64,000 nt of DNA from Octopus sinensis (GCF_006345805.1 NC_043011.1:35724464-35788463), one strand, 5' to 3'. Counted from the first letter of the stretch, positions 12,742 to 25,440 are shown. Numbers and translations are program-made. Notes: a model not told the origin generated them from the sequence alone.

Positions 12742-13081
12742 TCATACACACACATACATATACATACATACATATACAAATATACGCACACACATACATA
12801 CATACTCATATACACATACACGCACATACACATGTACATGCGTACCCATACACACACACACACACGCGCGCATCCATATATACACATAAGTACAACACAT
12901 GCGTAAAGTATACAATATATCTATGCTTACACATACACACACACACACGCGCCTCCTTATATTCATACTTCATGCATACTCAAAAAAATAAGTAAATAGT
13001 AAAATATATATACGCGCAGTTATTCATACATGCATACTCAAAAAATAAATAATAAATATTAAGTATATGTACGTAATAAAT

Positions 13082-13116
<35 letters not shown>

Positions 13117-13414
13117 TATATGTAGGAGTATTGTTTGTTGGTGTTGTGTGCACGGGCATGTGTATGTGCGCGTGGGGTTGTGTGGGTGTGTTATAGGTGT
13201 GGAAGTGTGTGTGCGTACATGTGCATGTAGGCTGTATGTGTGTGGTGTGTTGGAAGTAGGTGTGTTCGTGGATACGTGAGTATGTGTTTGTGTGTTTCTT
13301 TCTGTATAAGGACAAAATATTTAAAAAAAAGTTGCTAGTGGGGGGAAGTGGAGCGCAGTCACTAAGAGGAGGGGGCTGTGTTGAGTCCGTGTGGGGTATT
13401 GGTCTGTAGAATGA

Positions 13415-13415
<1 letters not shown>
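11317..13415 (-). mobile_element. 3' end of a Penelope-like element with a microsatellite-expanded 3' region
   Basis: Minus strand 13415-13362 reads FILQTNTPHGLNTAPSS* (LxTxxPxGLN, typical PLE GIY-YIG C-terminus); hammerhead 2 kb downstream on the same strand. Confidence 0.65.
11401..11451 (-). ncRNA. Type I hammerhead motif with true stem III
   Basis: agattc CTGAAGA t-ttc-tctt-gaa-t GAAA cag-ttctagtc-ctg TA gaagct. Confidence 0.75.
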
Positions 13416-13447
<32 letters not shown>

Positions 13448-13459
13448 ATATATATAGTA

Positions 13460-13780
13460 GTAACTGAAAAAAGGAATTTCGATTATCCCCACGTGGTGAG
13501 TTGAAATGTATATAAGAAATTAAAAATGGAAAATACGCACACTTACATAGTTTTAATATAATTTTTAATATATCGACCGGTTTCGCTATCGCTATTCATG
13601 ATATTATGTTTTACTTATTTGAATATGTATTTTTTCTTAAGAAGAAATTTTGTCCATGTAGTGTGTGATGAAATCTACGAGTGAATGATTTCACAAGTAG
13701 ATAAATAAGGGGAGGTAATTGGTTATCGTTATTATTGTTATTCTTGTGGGTAAGGGAGATAACTGTTCAGCTTTCTGTAA
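13460..13780 (-). repeat. PLE pseudo-LTR fragment related to 19530-20010
   Basis: Shared agttRtctcc(c)cttacccacaa and ccacgtg motifs; broken hammerhead atatc-ATGA...GAAA ccgg TC gatat at ~13569-13603. Confidence 0.55.
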
Positions 13781-13899
13781 TATATATGTACAGACAAAAA
13801 GCAAATTTCGGAAACCTTGTTTAGTGAGGGGATTTATGTACAGTGATGTAATCGTGAATTGAAATTTCTAAAAAAATAAAAGTTAGTTACGCGAGCATA

Positions 13900-14262
13900 T
13901 TAAAAATTTCATATTCGCGTTGTAATGCTTTTCTTGTTTTTTTTTAAAGAGAAAATGCAACAAAGACTTTCAAAAACATTTGTGAAGTTTATGGTGTGAT
14001 GATGTAGGTGAATCATCCGTTCGAAGGTGGTTTGCAAAATTTAAAGCTGGAGAGTTTAGCTTGGAAGATGACAATCACAGTGGAACACCGACAAAACTGG
14101 ATGAAGATGTTTTGAAGATAAACATCGAAGAAAGCTCAAATATCACGACCGGAAAACTTGCAGACGATTTAGAAGTTTCTAAAAGTACACTTCATGAAGT
14201 ATGTCCCTTTTTGCATATCAAAAAGAAAAAAAAAAAACGCTCAGAAATTTCCGAACAACCTA
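13900..14262 (+). mobile_element. Mariner transposase remnant (N-terminal HTH) with right TIR
   Basis: Frameshifted NICEVYG / VRRWFAKFKAGEFSLEDDNHSGTP...LADDLEVSKST; TIR-like gaaatttccgaacaacctaa. Confidence 0.8.
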
Positions 14263-14487
14263 AGAGTTGTCGTATTTCTGCTGAATTCACCGCCCTTGAT
14301 TCAATTGATTTGGAAGTAATAAAGAATTTAGTAAAATAACTTCGTCATTATTACGTTGGTATTCAGAACATAAATTTAATGGAAGGATTTAATTTAGATC
14401 ACATTAAAAGAAGTTTGTATTATAGAGCGGTTTGATATCAAAAGCGTCAACGTGGGAGAACATATTCCAATATTTTTGAATGGTTAC

Positions 14488-14599
14488 CTGGAAAAATCTT
14501 CTCCAATCTCAGTCCTGTTGCTGGATTCGTCAAAAATAACAGTCAGGTTACCATCAAATTGTATTTCACCGCTTGGAAAAGAATATATTGGATATGTGC
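14488..14599 (-). CDS. Candidate host exon (TYPIYSFPSGEIQFDGNLTVIFDESSNRTEIGEDFS)
   Basis: tttcttaag acceptor, ccag|gtaac donor, 112-nt open frame, unique sequence, two NxT sequons. Confidence 0.45.
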
Positions 14600-14929
14600 C
14601 TTAAGAAATGACGTTATGGTCATGAATTGATAGTCTTTCTCTTGAGGTTTGTACGAGCAGCGCAGTTCTGTGACTAAATGACGACTACAACAACAAAAGT
14701 AACAGAATTGTATAAAATTTTCATATTTATAATGATATTTTCAATTTAGAATTTATTGTTTGATTTTTGAGAAGCTTTTGGCGAAATGGGATTTAATAGT
14801 TGCAGAAAATATATTTTTCCCTATTTCAAATTATTAACGCATAATTAGAATCCAAAGAGACTTGTCGGGGTTTTCCATCGGAAAAATCTTGTACTATTGA
14901 GAAATTTTATTCTCTTTTAATCGACATTT

Positions 14930-15555
14930 CTAAAACAAGTGAGAATTTACAAAAAAAAAAAAAGAAAAACATAAGAAACAGATAAACATAACAAACAGAT
15001 ATATTAGTTTAATGCTCGGGAAGTGGGAAAGTCTTTTACATTTCGAGCCTGCGCTCTTCAACAGAAAGGAACACAGAAATAAACAGGGAGAGAAAATGAA
15101 AAAAAAGAAAGGTTTAGTGGCTAGCGATTTATCATGGCGAATGCCGGGCAGAGGGGTAAAAACAGAGTAAGAAGAAACGACAAATGGAAAAAGCAGAAAG
15201 TACAAAAAAGTTTAGAAAAGTTCTAAAGGTTCAAACGTCGTGGTGCATTGGAGCGACTTCTCATCAACGGTAGAATCCAGTGTAATCCATGGGTAGGAGA
15301 GGTGCAGCATAAGTGTAGGAGTTCGAGTGTAGGAGAGTAAAATGTCCAGGTAGAGAATCCAGGTACAATAGTCCGAAATGTAGAAGGTGTATAAAATCCA
15401 AGAAAAGTTCGAAGTGTTGTGAGGTAGAGACAGAATGAAACTGGTGCGACCACGTGAGCGTGTAATACATAGTGAGAATTTACAGAAAAACAAAAGACGA
15501 AGACGAGTGTCTAAACAACAAACAGGTCTATTGGTTTAACGCTCAGGAAGTGAGT
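14930..15555 (-). repeat. PLE-like repeat carrying the A6U hammerhead variant
   Basis: Homologous to 62890-63075; internal duplication of the aaacag...tttaacgctcaggaagtg block. Confidence 0.65.
15033..15068 (-). ncRNA. Minimal hammerhead-like motif, core CUGUUGA
   Basis: cttt CTGTTGA a gagc-gcag-gctc GAAA tg TA aaag. Confidence 0.6.
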
Positions 15556-15898
15556 TTGCTGTTGTAATGTTCAACAGACAGAAATGTTTAATATGATATA
15601 CATACATACAAATATTTCAGAATAATACACATACGCACTCTCACTGATGCGCACACTTCTCGTCACAGATTCCGACATTATATCGAATGTCTTTACAAAG
15701 AAGGTCGTGATTTAAAGTCAGCAGGTGGGTGACAAATCAAGCTCGCATAAAGCTCCCTATGTTTGCTTGTCTTTTTATCGTTGTCTTCTTCAGCCAGCAA
15801 CGAAGACCATTCCATCTTTCTCTAGTGATTATTTGCCATCATTCTCTAGTGATTATTGCCATATAACAGTTATAATTATACGGTAAATAGCCATTAAG

Positions 15899-16316
15899 GG
15901 GTCTTTTCGATTTGAACGGCAGTTTTTTAAAATAATTTCCACGTAACTAAACACTTTTAAACTTCGTATACTGGTAGAATGTGTTTATAAAACATCTTTT
16001 TCTCTTGGCTTTATTGAGAAAATTCTAGAGTTTGTAAGATAGTTGTTGTTTTCTTTTCTTTAATTTCTGCAATTTCAACCAATCAATGACGTCTATTTGA
16101 GGTGAAAACATTCTGTGCTGTATGAATATGTCCCTCATTTAAGAAACAAATTGGGTTTATTTACATTTCTGAAGAAAAAAGATACCCTTCCCCCCACCCC
16201 TAACCCTAACCCTAAAACAGATTGAAATGCAATAGATCGATACTAGGGTCATAATTATGGGTGACAATTTCATATGACACCGCTAGAAAAAACTGCCGTT
16301 CAAACCGAAAAGATCT
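15899..16316. mobile_element. TTAGGG-containing MITE, copy 2 (opposite orientation)
   Basis: Same TIRs as 2813-3236; 8-bp TSD ccattaag. Confidence 0.85.
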
Positions 16317-16549
16317 CCATTAAGAAAAGATATGGAACCAAATTTCAAATATTCACTCGAGTTTTACAACACTTTTTTTCTCCACACATTCTAAATTTTT
16401 AAAAGGGTAATGTACACCACAGTTGCATATTATTATATTAGTAAACAAAAATATAATAGAGGCTACAATCTACGAAGAAACAAGCAAGAGTGAACGTCTA
16501 AATTGTACTAGTAAAGGCAGAAATGTAACATTAAAAATGAATTATTCTC

Positions 16550-16752
16550 GTTGTGGCTGTGTGGCAAGTAGCTTGCTTACTAACCACATGGTTCCGGGTT
16601 CAGTCGCTCTGCGTGGCACCTTGGGCAAATGTCTTCTACTATAGCCTCGGACCAACCAAAGCCTTGTGAGTGGATTTGGTAGACGGAAACTGAAAGAAGC
16701 CCATCGTATATATGTATATATATATATGTATGTGTGTCTGTGTTTGTCCCCC
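16550..16752 (+). mobile_element. SINE family A, 3'-truncated
   Basis: tRNA-like head gtggctgtgtggcaagtagcttgc...gggttcagtc; body gccttgtgagtggatttggtagacggaaactg. Confidence 0.8.
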
Positions 16753-17773
16753 CCATTACCTCTTATTTTATCTTAATGACCGTTAGTTTTATTATGTATA
16801 ATGCAATTATTTCTATTGATAAAATTTAATATGTTAATTACGTTACCTCACCATCACCTCAACTACCATTAATGTCTATTGCCCTCTTAGACATTCCCAG
16901 TGCTCCCTTGAGGGTGGTAGCACGCACGTTGAGAAACTCTGGTATAACTGAAGCAAAATTAGTTTTTATTTTTTGTTGGTGGGGACTGCGAATTGGGCTG
17001 CTTACAAGAGCTTATTCTCGTTCTTCAGTTTCCATCATTCCATACTTATACCGAAAGAAAAATAATCCTTCTCAATGCCATTTTCGAGAATAAGGGGAAA
17101 AAATAATGTGAAAGAAAAGAACGTCGGTTAATAAGAAGTTTAATGCATAAGGTGAAATAAGAAGAAAAAAAGAGAAGTGGGGAATAAGAAAAACGAAGAA
17201 AACAACATGAAGAAATTTGATGCTGATGAAAGTAAGAGAGCATACAGGAAAATAAGATATGAGGATGATGGGGATGATGAACATGGTGACCATGATGATG
17301 ATGACGATGACGGCGATCGTAGTGGTGGTAGTATCGTTGTAGGTGACGGTAAAATCAAGAAAAAACATACGGAAGAAAAAAGGCAGAGGATTAATGTAAA
17401 ATATGAAGCATAGGAATGGTAAGAAAATGGAGAAAATAAAAAAGCAGGAAAAGAAGAAGAAGATTAAGAAGAGAGGGAGTAGGAAGAGAGTCAGAATAAA
17501 AAAGTATAAAAAAAGGAAAGACGAGAATATGTGAGATCTATCTCCGGCAGCCATTTTTGTATGGAATCAGCTTCGTGATGTAGAAGGGAAACGTTCACTT
17601 AAATTGTCTGCAACTAATATTTTAAAACCTCAGCCGATTTTCTCTGAGGTGGTGAGAAATATGTCACAGTGGCTTTACCAAAGTCAGTTCGGCTTTTAAC
17701 TAAAATTCGATGTAATATCATTTTGTGGTGTATCAGCTTGTATATGTAACAGTGTGTGGTGCGTCTGAGAAAG

Positions 17774-17800
17774 ATATATATATATATGTATATATATATT

Positions 17801-17834
<34 letters not shown>

Positions 17835-17845
17835 ATATATATATT

Positions 17846-17880
<35 letters not shown>

Positions 17881-17894
17881 CATACATATATATG

Positions 17895-17953
<59 letters not shown>

Positions 17954-18157
17954 ACATATATATATATATATATAATATATATATATATGTATGTATGTAT
18001 ACATATATATATATATATATGTATGTATACATATATATATATATATTATATATATATATATATATATATTGTATATATATATATATGTATATATATATGT
18101 ATATATATATGTATATATATATACATATATATAATATATATAATATATATATATATA
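17774..18157. repeat. (TA)n-rich microsatellite
   Basis: Directly visible. Confidence 0.95.
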
Positions 18158-18497
18158 AAGAGAGAGAACGTGTGCGGTGTGTGTGGAGTGTGTACATGTT
18201 TGAAACACCTAGTGTTGAATATATACGAAGAGGAGGAGGAGGAGGAGAAGAGAACGAGAGAGAGAGAGAAAGATAGTAAACGATGTGGGGGGAAAGGTGA
18301 TTTGCAAAAAGGAGAAAAAGAATTAAAGGTAAATGGCATTTAGTTTCATATATCAGAGTTTAATCTTCAGATCTAATCGACTTTTCGATTGGAAGTTTAT
18401 GTGTATGGACGTCAAACGTATAGAAGTAGGCATTTGTGAGTATTTATATGTACGAATCTACGTAAGTATATATATATATATACACTATTACAACGTC

Positions 18498-19211
18498 AAT
18501 ATCCCTCCACCCTTATAGAGTATGGAATAAAACGCGCCAAAGAACTAGACAACACTACACTGAAAACCACCCAACCTAACACCACACACAACCTCAAAAT
18601 ACTTCCATACATTTCCACCCACAACCCCAAAAATATCGAAGCATACACCACAATCATACAAAACCTCAGTCTACTGTCAACAGACCCAAAAATGAAAAAC
18701 ATTATAAATACACACAAAATCCTCAAATGCAAAAGGCAACACAAATCTTTAAAAAAACTCTTGACAAATGCCAACTTCACACACCACATCCACCCCCAAC
18801 AGTAAAAAAATGTGCACGCTCAAACTGTGGTACCTGCCCCTTTCTACTTGAAGGCTCTGAATTTACCTTCAAACAAGGTACGAAGTTTAAAATCAAGACT
18901 AACTTCTCCTGTTCCTCCGAGAACCTTATCTACGTTCTCACATGCGCTGGTTGCCAACATAATTATGTTGGACAAACGAGTCTCCGTTACGTAAACGAGT
19001 AACGGTGCATAAAGAACAATAAATCTCCCGGAATACCGACAAATTCCACTGAGTGACCACTTCGACTCATGTGCTAAAGACTTAAACCCCAAATTCTATA
19101 TATTCCCCTTCTACCAATGTAAAGACGGGATCACCACAGGAGAGAATTAACAAGGAGAATATCTTTATTGAAAAATTCCAAACACAACTTAATATGCAAA
19201 CTCCTCGTTGA
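18498..19211 (+). pseudogene. Penelope-like element RT C-terminus / Cys-rich linker / GIY-YIG endonuclease remnant
   Basis: LPYISTHNP, KKCARSNCGTCPF, FSCSSENLIYVLTCAGCQHNYVGQT; frameshifted. Confidence 0.85.
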
Positions 19212-19840
19212 TCAAACTTCCTTTCTCTACCTCACTCTTCATGGATGGACTAACACAAATATATAAAGATACCATGCATTCATCACTTCAAGCTAAAACT
19301 TATATTCTTTAAATATCATTTTTACTATTGTGTTATTACTATCATTTTTATTATAAATGATATGACAATTTGAAATGCAATTGTCTATGCAGATTTATAT
19401 TATTAGAAAAATAATATAAATAAAGTGTTAAAATCTGAAAGTTAAGTTAACAAGCAATTATATAAAAAAGATAATGCAAATGAAGCTAAAATGATAGTTT
19501 TATAATTTGGGTTTTATTGAAGAACTCAAAAGAGTTGTCTCCCCTTACCCACAACACAGGAACTGAAGAACCAGGACCACAATTATACTACTTCCTGTCC
19601 TGCAACATGCTGAATTTAACAACACAACACATCACATGCTCTTAATCCCTTTGGATCTTAACACCTCAAGGTAATTTTTTGGTAAACAACCATAAAACTC
19701 AAGATACACAACGAACTCACAATGTATCGGAGAACTTATTTTTTAATTTTTGTACATTTTATCATTATTCTTTTACAAAAAACAATGCAATTTTCTTTTT
19801 GCCCCTTTCTAATTTTTAAAATAACTTCTTAAAACATAAA

Positions 19841-19881
19841 TATTCTTGACAAGTCATACAATGACGAAAACCGGTTGAATA
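19841..19881 (+). ncRNA. Decayed hammerhead motif in the PLE 3' region
   Basis: tattc TTGACAA gtcat-aca-atgac GAAA accggtt gaata; perfect stems I and II, core mutated by transitions. Confidence 0.6.
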
Positions 19882-20590
19882 AATATATTTATATATTTTA
19901 TCATTTTCTCATTTTATTAAAATTTTCTTTCATTTGAGCATTCTGCATTTTTAAAAAAATTTTTCCTTACTTATCATTTCTCCACGTGCGGTCAACACAA
20001 CCCCACCATTTATTGATCTATATATATATATATATATAGATATATATATATATATGTATATATGTGTGTGTGTGTGTGTCTGTTGTATGTTGTGTTATAT
20101 ATATATATTATATATATATATATCTATATATATAATATATATATATATGTAATATATATATAATGATATATAATGTATATATATATAGCACGTATGTATG
20201 CATAACTACAGGTGTGAATGTATTGTTGAAAAAATTGTAGGAAGATAGTGAGTTGAAGCAAATCAATGTCACGAATAAGGCACACATTTATATACATATA
20301 CGAATATAATATGTATATATTATATATATATATATATAATATATATATATATATAATATATATAGGCTATGAGAGGTAATGGTGTCAGTAAGACCCAAGG
20401 TGTCAGGTAATGCTGAGGTAAGTGCTATGGATAGACCACAGTTAAGCTCCAGGTCCGGTGATTATGCGAATAAGGAGTCCAACATTTGTAGATCCATCAT
20501 TTAGGCAGAATAGTATACATATGTATTCCACTTCACTCCATATTTAGTATCTTATCTAAATTAACTATTGCTTAACCATATTCTCACACC

Positions 20591-20638
20591 GTTTCCGATG
20601 AAGGGATATAATAAATATCCTGGAAACAGCTGTAAGAC
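20591..20638 (+). ncRNA. Minimal hammerhead motif, core CCGAUGA
   Basis: gttt CCGATGA ag ggatat-aataa-atatcc tg GAAA cagctg TA agac; within a ~340-bp block (20365-20700) between (TA)n tracts. Confidence 0.7.
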
Positions 20639-20730
20639 CTTCTATTTATAAATGTTCTAAAATCTTCACAGCTTTGGTTTTTTAATCGCATTCTGAAAAA
20701 AATTTATATATATACACATGTTTGTATAGG

Positions 20731-20788
<58 letters not shown>

Positions 20789-21956
20789 GAGAGAGAGATA
20801 CATAGCCAGATATTATGAATGGCTGAAAGCGAATTTTCAATTTTAATCGGAACTTATTTATCTCTACAATTATTAAAGGGTGTGTAATTTATTAAATGAT
20901 CATTCACATCACATTATCCATAAATATGTGTAAATAAAAAGAGAGACGTCAAAGAAAAAGAGCAGTGGGTATTTTGATTTTCTCTGTTACAAGTACAATA
21001 TTAGATATATAACTTGTCCAAAGCCACCTTGAATCTAGCTGCATCTTCTTATACTACAAGCGGGATCAGGTGGTCAAAGTACTTGATGGTTGCTACATAT
21101 CAGACTGGGCGTCAAAATAACCTTGTGCATTTAGAGGTGAGACTGGAGATTTGGTAATTCGCTCATAAGTGTTAGTGATAGCAAGGGTACAATCGCCTTT
21201 GCGAAAGCTCTACTGTTTCATGAATAACATTACTGTCGTTATCGTCTAAGTGTGAGAATATCATGAGTTAAAACGGAAAGAGAAAGTGAAGAAGGAAAAA
21301 AGTGGGGGTTGTAGCCGAAAGAAAAGGGTGTGAGAATAAGAAAATTGCTGCAGAAAGAAGGGGAGGAGGCAGAAGTGTGTGTGTGTGTGGGTGTACAATA
21401 TGGTTGTCATCGAAGAGGAAGAAGGTTAAAGGAAGTTGAAGAAAAATTAAAAGTGAGAAGTAGAAGGAGAGAAGGAAAATCCTCGAAGATATTAGCAAAG
21501 TGGAAAGTAAGAAGTGTGAAAGACGAAAAGAGAATGAAAAGGAGGAGGAGGAGGGAGATGGAATGAAGAGAAGGATATAGATAAGAAGATGATAGAAGTC
21601 AAAAGAAAGAATAACACGGAAAACAAGAACACGAAGAGGGACACTAAGAACACCAAGAAGAACATGCAGAAGAAAACAAAATAAAAAAGGAAGAAGACAT
21701 AAGGCAAAAGAATCAGACGAAGGAGGGAGAAAAAAATGAAGAAAGAAAAAAACGGAAAAAGGTAAGATTAAATGAATCAATTGATGTATCTGACTTTGGC
21801 AAAATGACCTGTCTTTCTTGTTTCATGAAGATAATAACATTGGAATGATGATATAGTCTTTGATTTGAACTCAATGCAAAGTACTTGATGAGAATTGTTT
21901 AATTAGGCATCATTAACTATGTTGGTTGTCACGAAGGGATAACTACAGAAAATGTA

Positions 21957-22035
<79 letters not shown>

Positions 22036-22036
<1 letters not shown>

Positions 22037-22512
22037 TTCAGCAAAATTTAGATTCAGATGAATATGGTACCTAAGTTAAAGGCACCAGAATTTTATATGG
22101 TATTATCCATATAAATCAAATGGGGTGATTATAATCAAAATAAGCAACAAGGATATCCAAGGTCGAGCAATCTTCAGCCACATATAGAATTTTTCAATTA
22201 AACGGGCAATGCACGTTCTTATACTTATTTCATTTGCCAACATTACAAAGAGGGTAGATATATAGACAGAGAGGTTGATTTCATCATTAAGAACATGATG
22301 GTAGTATGTTCATTCTCCGTCTGTAGATTTTATCATTGAGTTCATTTTGTTATTTAGAGCTATCAGTGGGGAGGGATTTTTATTCTTGGTTGAATGGAAG
22401 AAGATTGCTCGACATTTTAAAACTAATGTAATACTTACAGTGTTTAATAAAATGAGGTAGCATGAAACAAATGTACTACTCTACCTTGGATATCCTTGTT
22501 GCTTATTTTCAT
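22036..22512. repeat. Partially inverted PLE-like repeat with split hammerhead
   Basis: 22137-22163 inverted with 22483-22509; 22162-22175 inverted with 22400-22413; GAAA caaatg TA ctac at 22464-79. Confidence 0.65.
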
Positions 22513-22524
22513 TATATATATATA

Positions 22525-23185
22525 ATGCATTGAATAAACTGTCGTCTAAATTACGCAAAAATGAAAATAACACTCCTTTCTATTATAAGCAGAAAGCCTA
22601 GAAACTGGAGGGGAGGAAGAGGCCAGTCGATTAGATTGGCCTCAGTACACAACTAGTACTTAATTTATCGACTCCGAAAGGATGAAAGACAAAGTCGACA
22701 TCGGCGGAATTTGAAATCAGAACGTAGCGGCTGTCAAACGCTTAGCATTTCGTCCGGCGCGTTAACGATTCTGCCAGCTCGCCGTCTTAATATGAAAATA
22801 ACATTGACATTGCATTTTAACAGATATATTTACCAACCTTACATAAAAATATCTTGAAATACTAAAGAGTAGTTTTATTCAATAAAATCGCCATTGGCTT
22901 CAACCATAGCTGCCAGACTACTTCGGAATCTACCGCAACTGTTCTGAATGGACTCCTTGTTTAAGTTAGTGAATGCTGCCATAATCCTTGCTTTTAATTC
23001 ATCTTTGGTGTTACAAGGAGTTTTGCCAGTCTCTCGTTCAACTGTGCCCTACACAAAATAATCAAGAGGGTTTCAATCTGGGGTTTAGGTGGCCAGATGT
23101 TAGGGATGATGTGGCCGCAGAAATTGTCTGACAGCTATGACTGGGTTCTCCTGCTTATGTAGCATGATACTGAGTCCTGTTGCAA
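22525..23185 (-). mobile_element. Tc1-family transposase 3' remnant interrupted by SINE C (22575-22788, TSD atgaaaataaca)
   Basis: Minus strand NIWPP..P.NPLDYFV*GTVERET..TPCNTKDELKARI. Confidence 0.75.
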
Positions 23186-23322
23186 CATATATATAATGAT
23201 GATAATAAAAATGGATGTCTGTGTGTGTGTGTATGTCATTTTTCAATATGTGACCGCGCGTGTATCGTTGGCGATTTTCTTTCTCCGTCCTCCCTTCCTT
23301 GGACTTTTTTCCTTTTTTCTAT

Positions 23323-23357
23323 ATTTCTGACGAAGATCCCCACTCGAAACGTTAAAT
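23323..23357 (+). ncRNA. Minimal hammerhead motif
   Basis: attt CTGACGA a gat-cccca-ctc GAAA cg TT aaat; stem II partly decayed; in repeat 23240-23455. Confidence 0.6.
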
Positions 23358-23454
23358 CCTCCTTCTTTCTTCCCTTTTCTGAGCATCCAATAACACTATA
23401 CTTGTTCCACGTCCTCGCGTTGTAGTGTTTTATCTTTGTTCATATTTGGATTAG

Positions 23455-23489
<35 letters not shown>

Positions 23490-23544
23490 TATGTATATAT
23501 ATGTATATATATCAAACGGTCACAAAACAGTGATGACACGTAAA

Positions 23545-23830
23545 TTCGTGGTTAGGGTACTTGGCTCACGATCATGTGTTTGATTCTTGGTGGCGTGTTG
23601 TGTCTTGGAGGAACAGACTTTAATTCACGTTGCTCCAGTACACTCAGCTGGCAACAATGAGTAGAACCTGTAATTCAAAGGGCCAGCCTTGTCACATTCT
23701 CTGTCATGCTGAATTGCCCTACGTTAAGGGTCAGCGTGTCTGTGGAGTGCTCAGCCAGATGTACCTTAATTTTACGAACAGGCTGTTCCCGTTGATCCGA
23801 CCCTCACCGTCGTAACCAACGAAGTGCCAG
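23545..23830 (+). mobile_element. SINE family B-related copy
   Basis: Shared 3' body ...aggctgttcccgttgatccg...tcgtaacc...gtgcca. Confidence 0.7.
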
Positions 23831-24024
23831 TTTTAGTCACAAGGCCACATAGGTGATAAAACTTTTAATCAGTACTTAGTTGACTCTTAGTTATATCGAC
23901 TGCCGTAAGAAAGACTAGCACAGTTGAACTCGTTGAGATATGAACTCAGAACGTAAGACAACGTAGCAAAAAGCACTGCAAAAAATAAAGAAATGAAGTC
24001 ATAACAACATTTGAGCAAAAGAAG

Positions 24025-24240
24025 CACAATTAAATATATCTATAAGCTATCAATAGACATCAACTCTCAAAGTATTAAATGGTAAGATTCTAAAATGAAA
24101 TAAAACCAAGAACCATGAGAACAGACAATTAAATATATCTGTAAGCTATTAATAGATGTTAACCTCCAAATCATATATGCTAAAAAATTATTAAATGCAA
24201 AAATTAGAAAAATAAACAATGAATCATGAGAGTAGACGAA
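24025..24240. repeat. Degenerate ~100-bp tandem duplication
   Basis: acaattaaatatatctRtaagctatYaataga occurs twice. Confidence 0.7.
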
Positions 24241-24582
24241 TTCATGTAGAATCTCTCTTGGCAGTGAGCACTATGTTGGAAAGATATAATTGAGGTCTGC
24301 TGTAATACTTGTCTTTCAATGACTCTGCATGAAACTTTAGAAATCGACAACAAAACTAGCAGTAATTATTTAATGAAGAAAAAGAATTGAGAATCATAAG
24401 AAAGAGACAGCAATTTACTAGATAAAGGTAATTAGCTAAGATGGTAAATTTACGAAAGAAAGAAAATTAAAAAAATCTGATGACCGTTTAATTTAGTTTA
24501 ATTCGAACTATTAGTTAAATGAAACTACACGGAAGGAAAAAAAACAGAGCACAATTAAGATATACGGAATATTATATTATAG

Positions 24583-25440
24583 TACTAGCTGACGTACCCG
24601 GTAATTCCCAGGAATGCGGGGCTTATCCGTTTTCATAATTGTTTCGCTGATCCAATAACAACAATACAAAGTATATAGCCTTTAAAACGGTTTTTGTGCT
24701 CTACAGAGAACACCGAACTGTCTTACACAGGATCTTGTTTATAGGAATTCCCAATAAGTTACGAATACCCAAATTGTAAAGTCAGTTATGTAATAACGTG
24801 AAATTAGTTACCCGACAGTAAGAATTCAAATAAAGAAACCCCGAAAAGGGCTTTAATGCGTTCTCAGAGTATATAGAACATAGGAGGAAATGCTAATAAG
24901 GCATGTATGCTAAAATCGTGAATCATGTTACGTAATAACAGGTTAATCAGATATGGGATAATAACAATTAAAAGTAAATAACTCTGAAATGGGCTTTTGT
25001 ACTTTCCCAGAGAATATTACCCCCAGAGGCATTAGTGTTGGTATATCCGTGAATAAGTCACTAACCGAAATAAGTGGATCTGTTGTTTAGGAAAACTATT
25101 TACTTGTTTAAGGGTTGTACTGGATAAATTGCGAAAATAACTCTAACAGTTCAAATACTAAGAAATATGAAATAAGCAGTTTCATTTTTACCAAATAATT
25201 TAGGAAAACGAATGGGTTATTTCCCTTGGCTATATATAAGGATCCTTTCCAGGGGTCAATGGGTTATTTCCTTTAGTTTTTAAAATAAAATATATTAGAT
25301 ATATATAAGGATCCGTACTAGGGGCCCTAATATTTCAACAATCTGAGGATGTCATGAGGTTTCCAGATATGAGTTTTACTCATGTGTCGTTTCATCAAAA
25401 TCGATAAACAATGTAGGAGGAGTTAGCTAACAACATATAT
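24583..25440 (+). mobile_element. Helentron/HINE-like element with internal subrepeats
   Basis: tactagctgacgtacccgg start; gtagggagGAGTTAG-like end; ~150-bp and ~50-bp internal repeats. Confidence 0.5.

Larger units (their letters stand above)
18490..20020 (+). mobile_element. 5'-truncated Penelope-like element with 3' pseudo-LTR
   Basis: GIY-YIG remnant followed by a 3' region with a decayed hammerhead; ends in (TA)n. Confidence 0.75.

Noticed and set aside
15212-15270. Second hammerhead-like stretch (TTGATGA, minus strand)
   Set aside because: GAAA half missing
17177-17530. D/E/K-rich ORF, and the similar purine-rich tract at 21270-21780
   Set aside because: Low-complexity GA-rich decayed simple repeats
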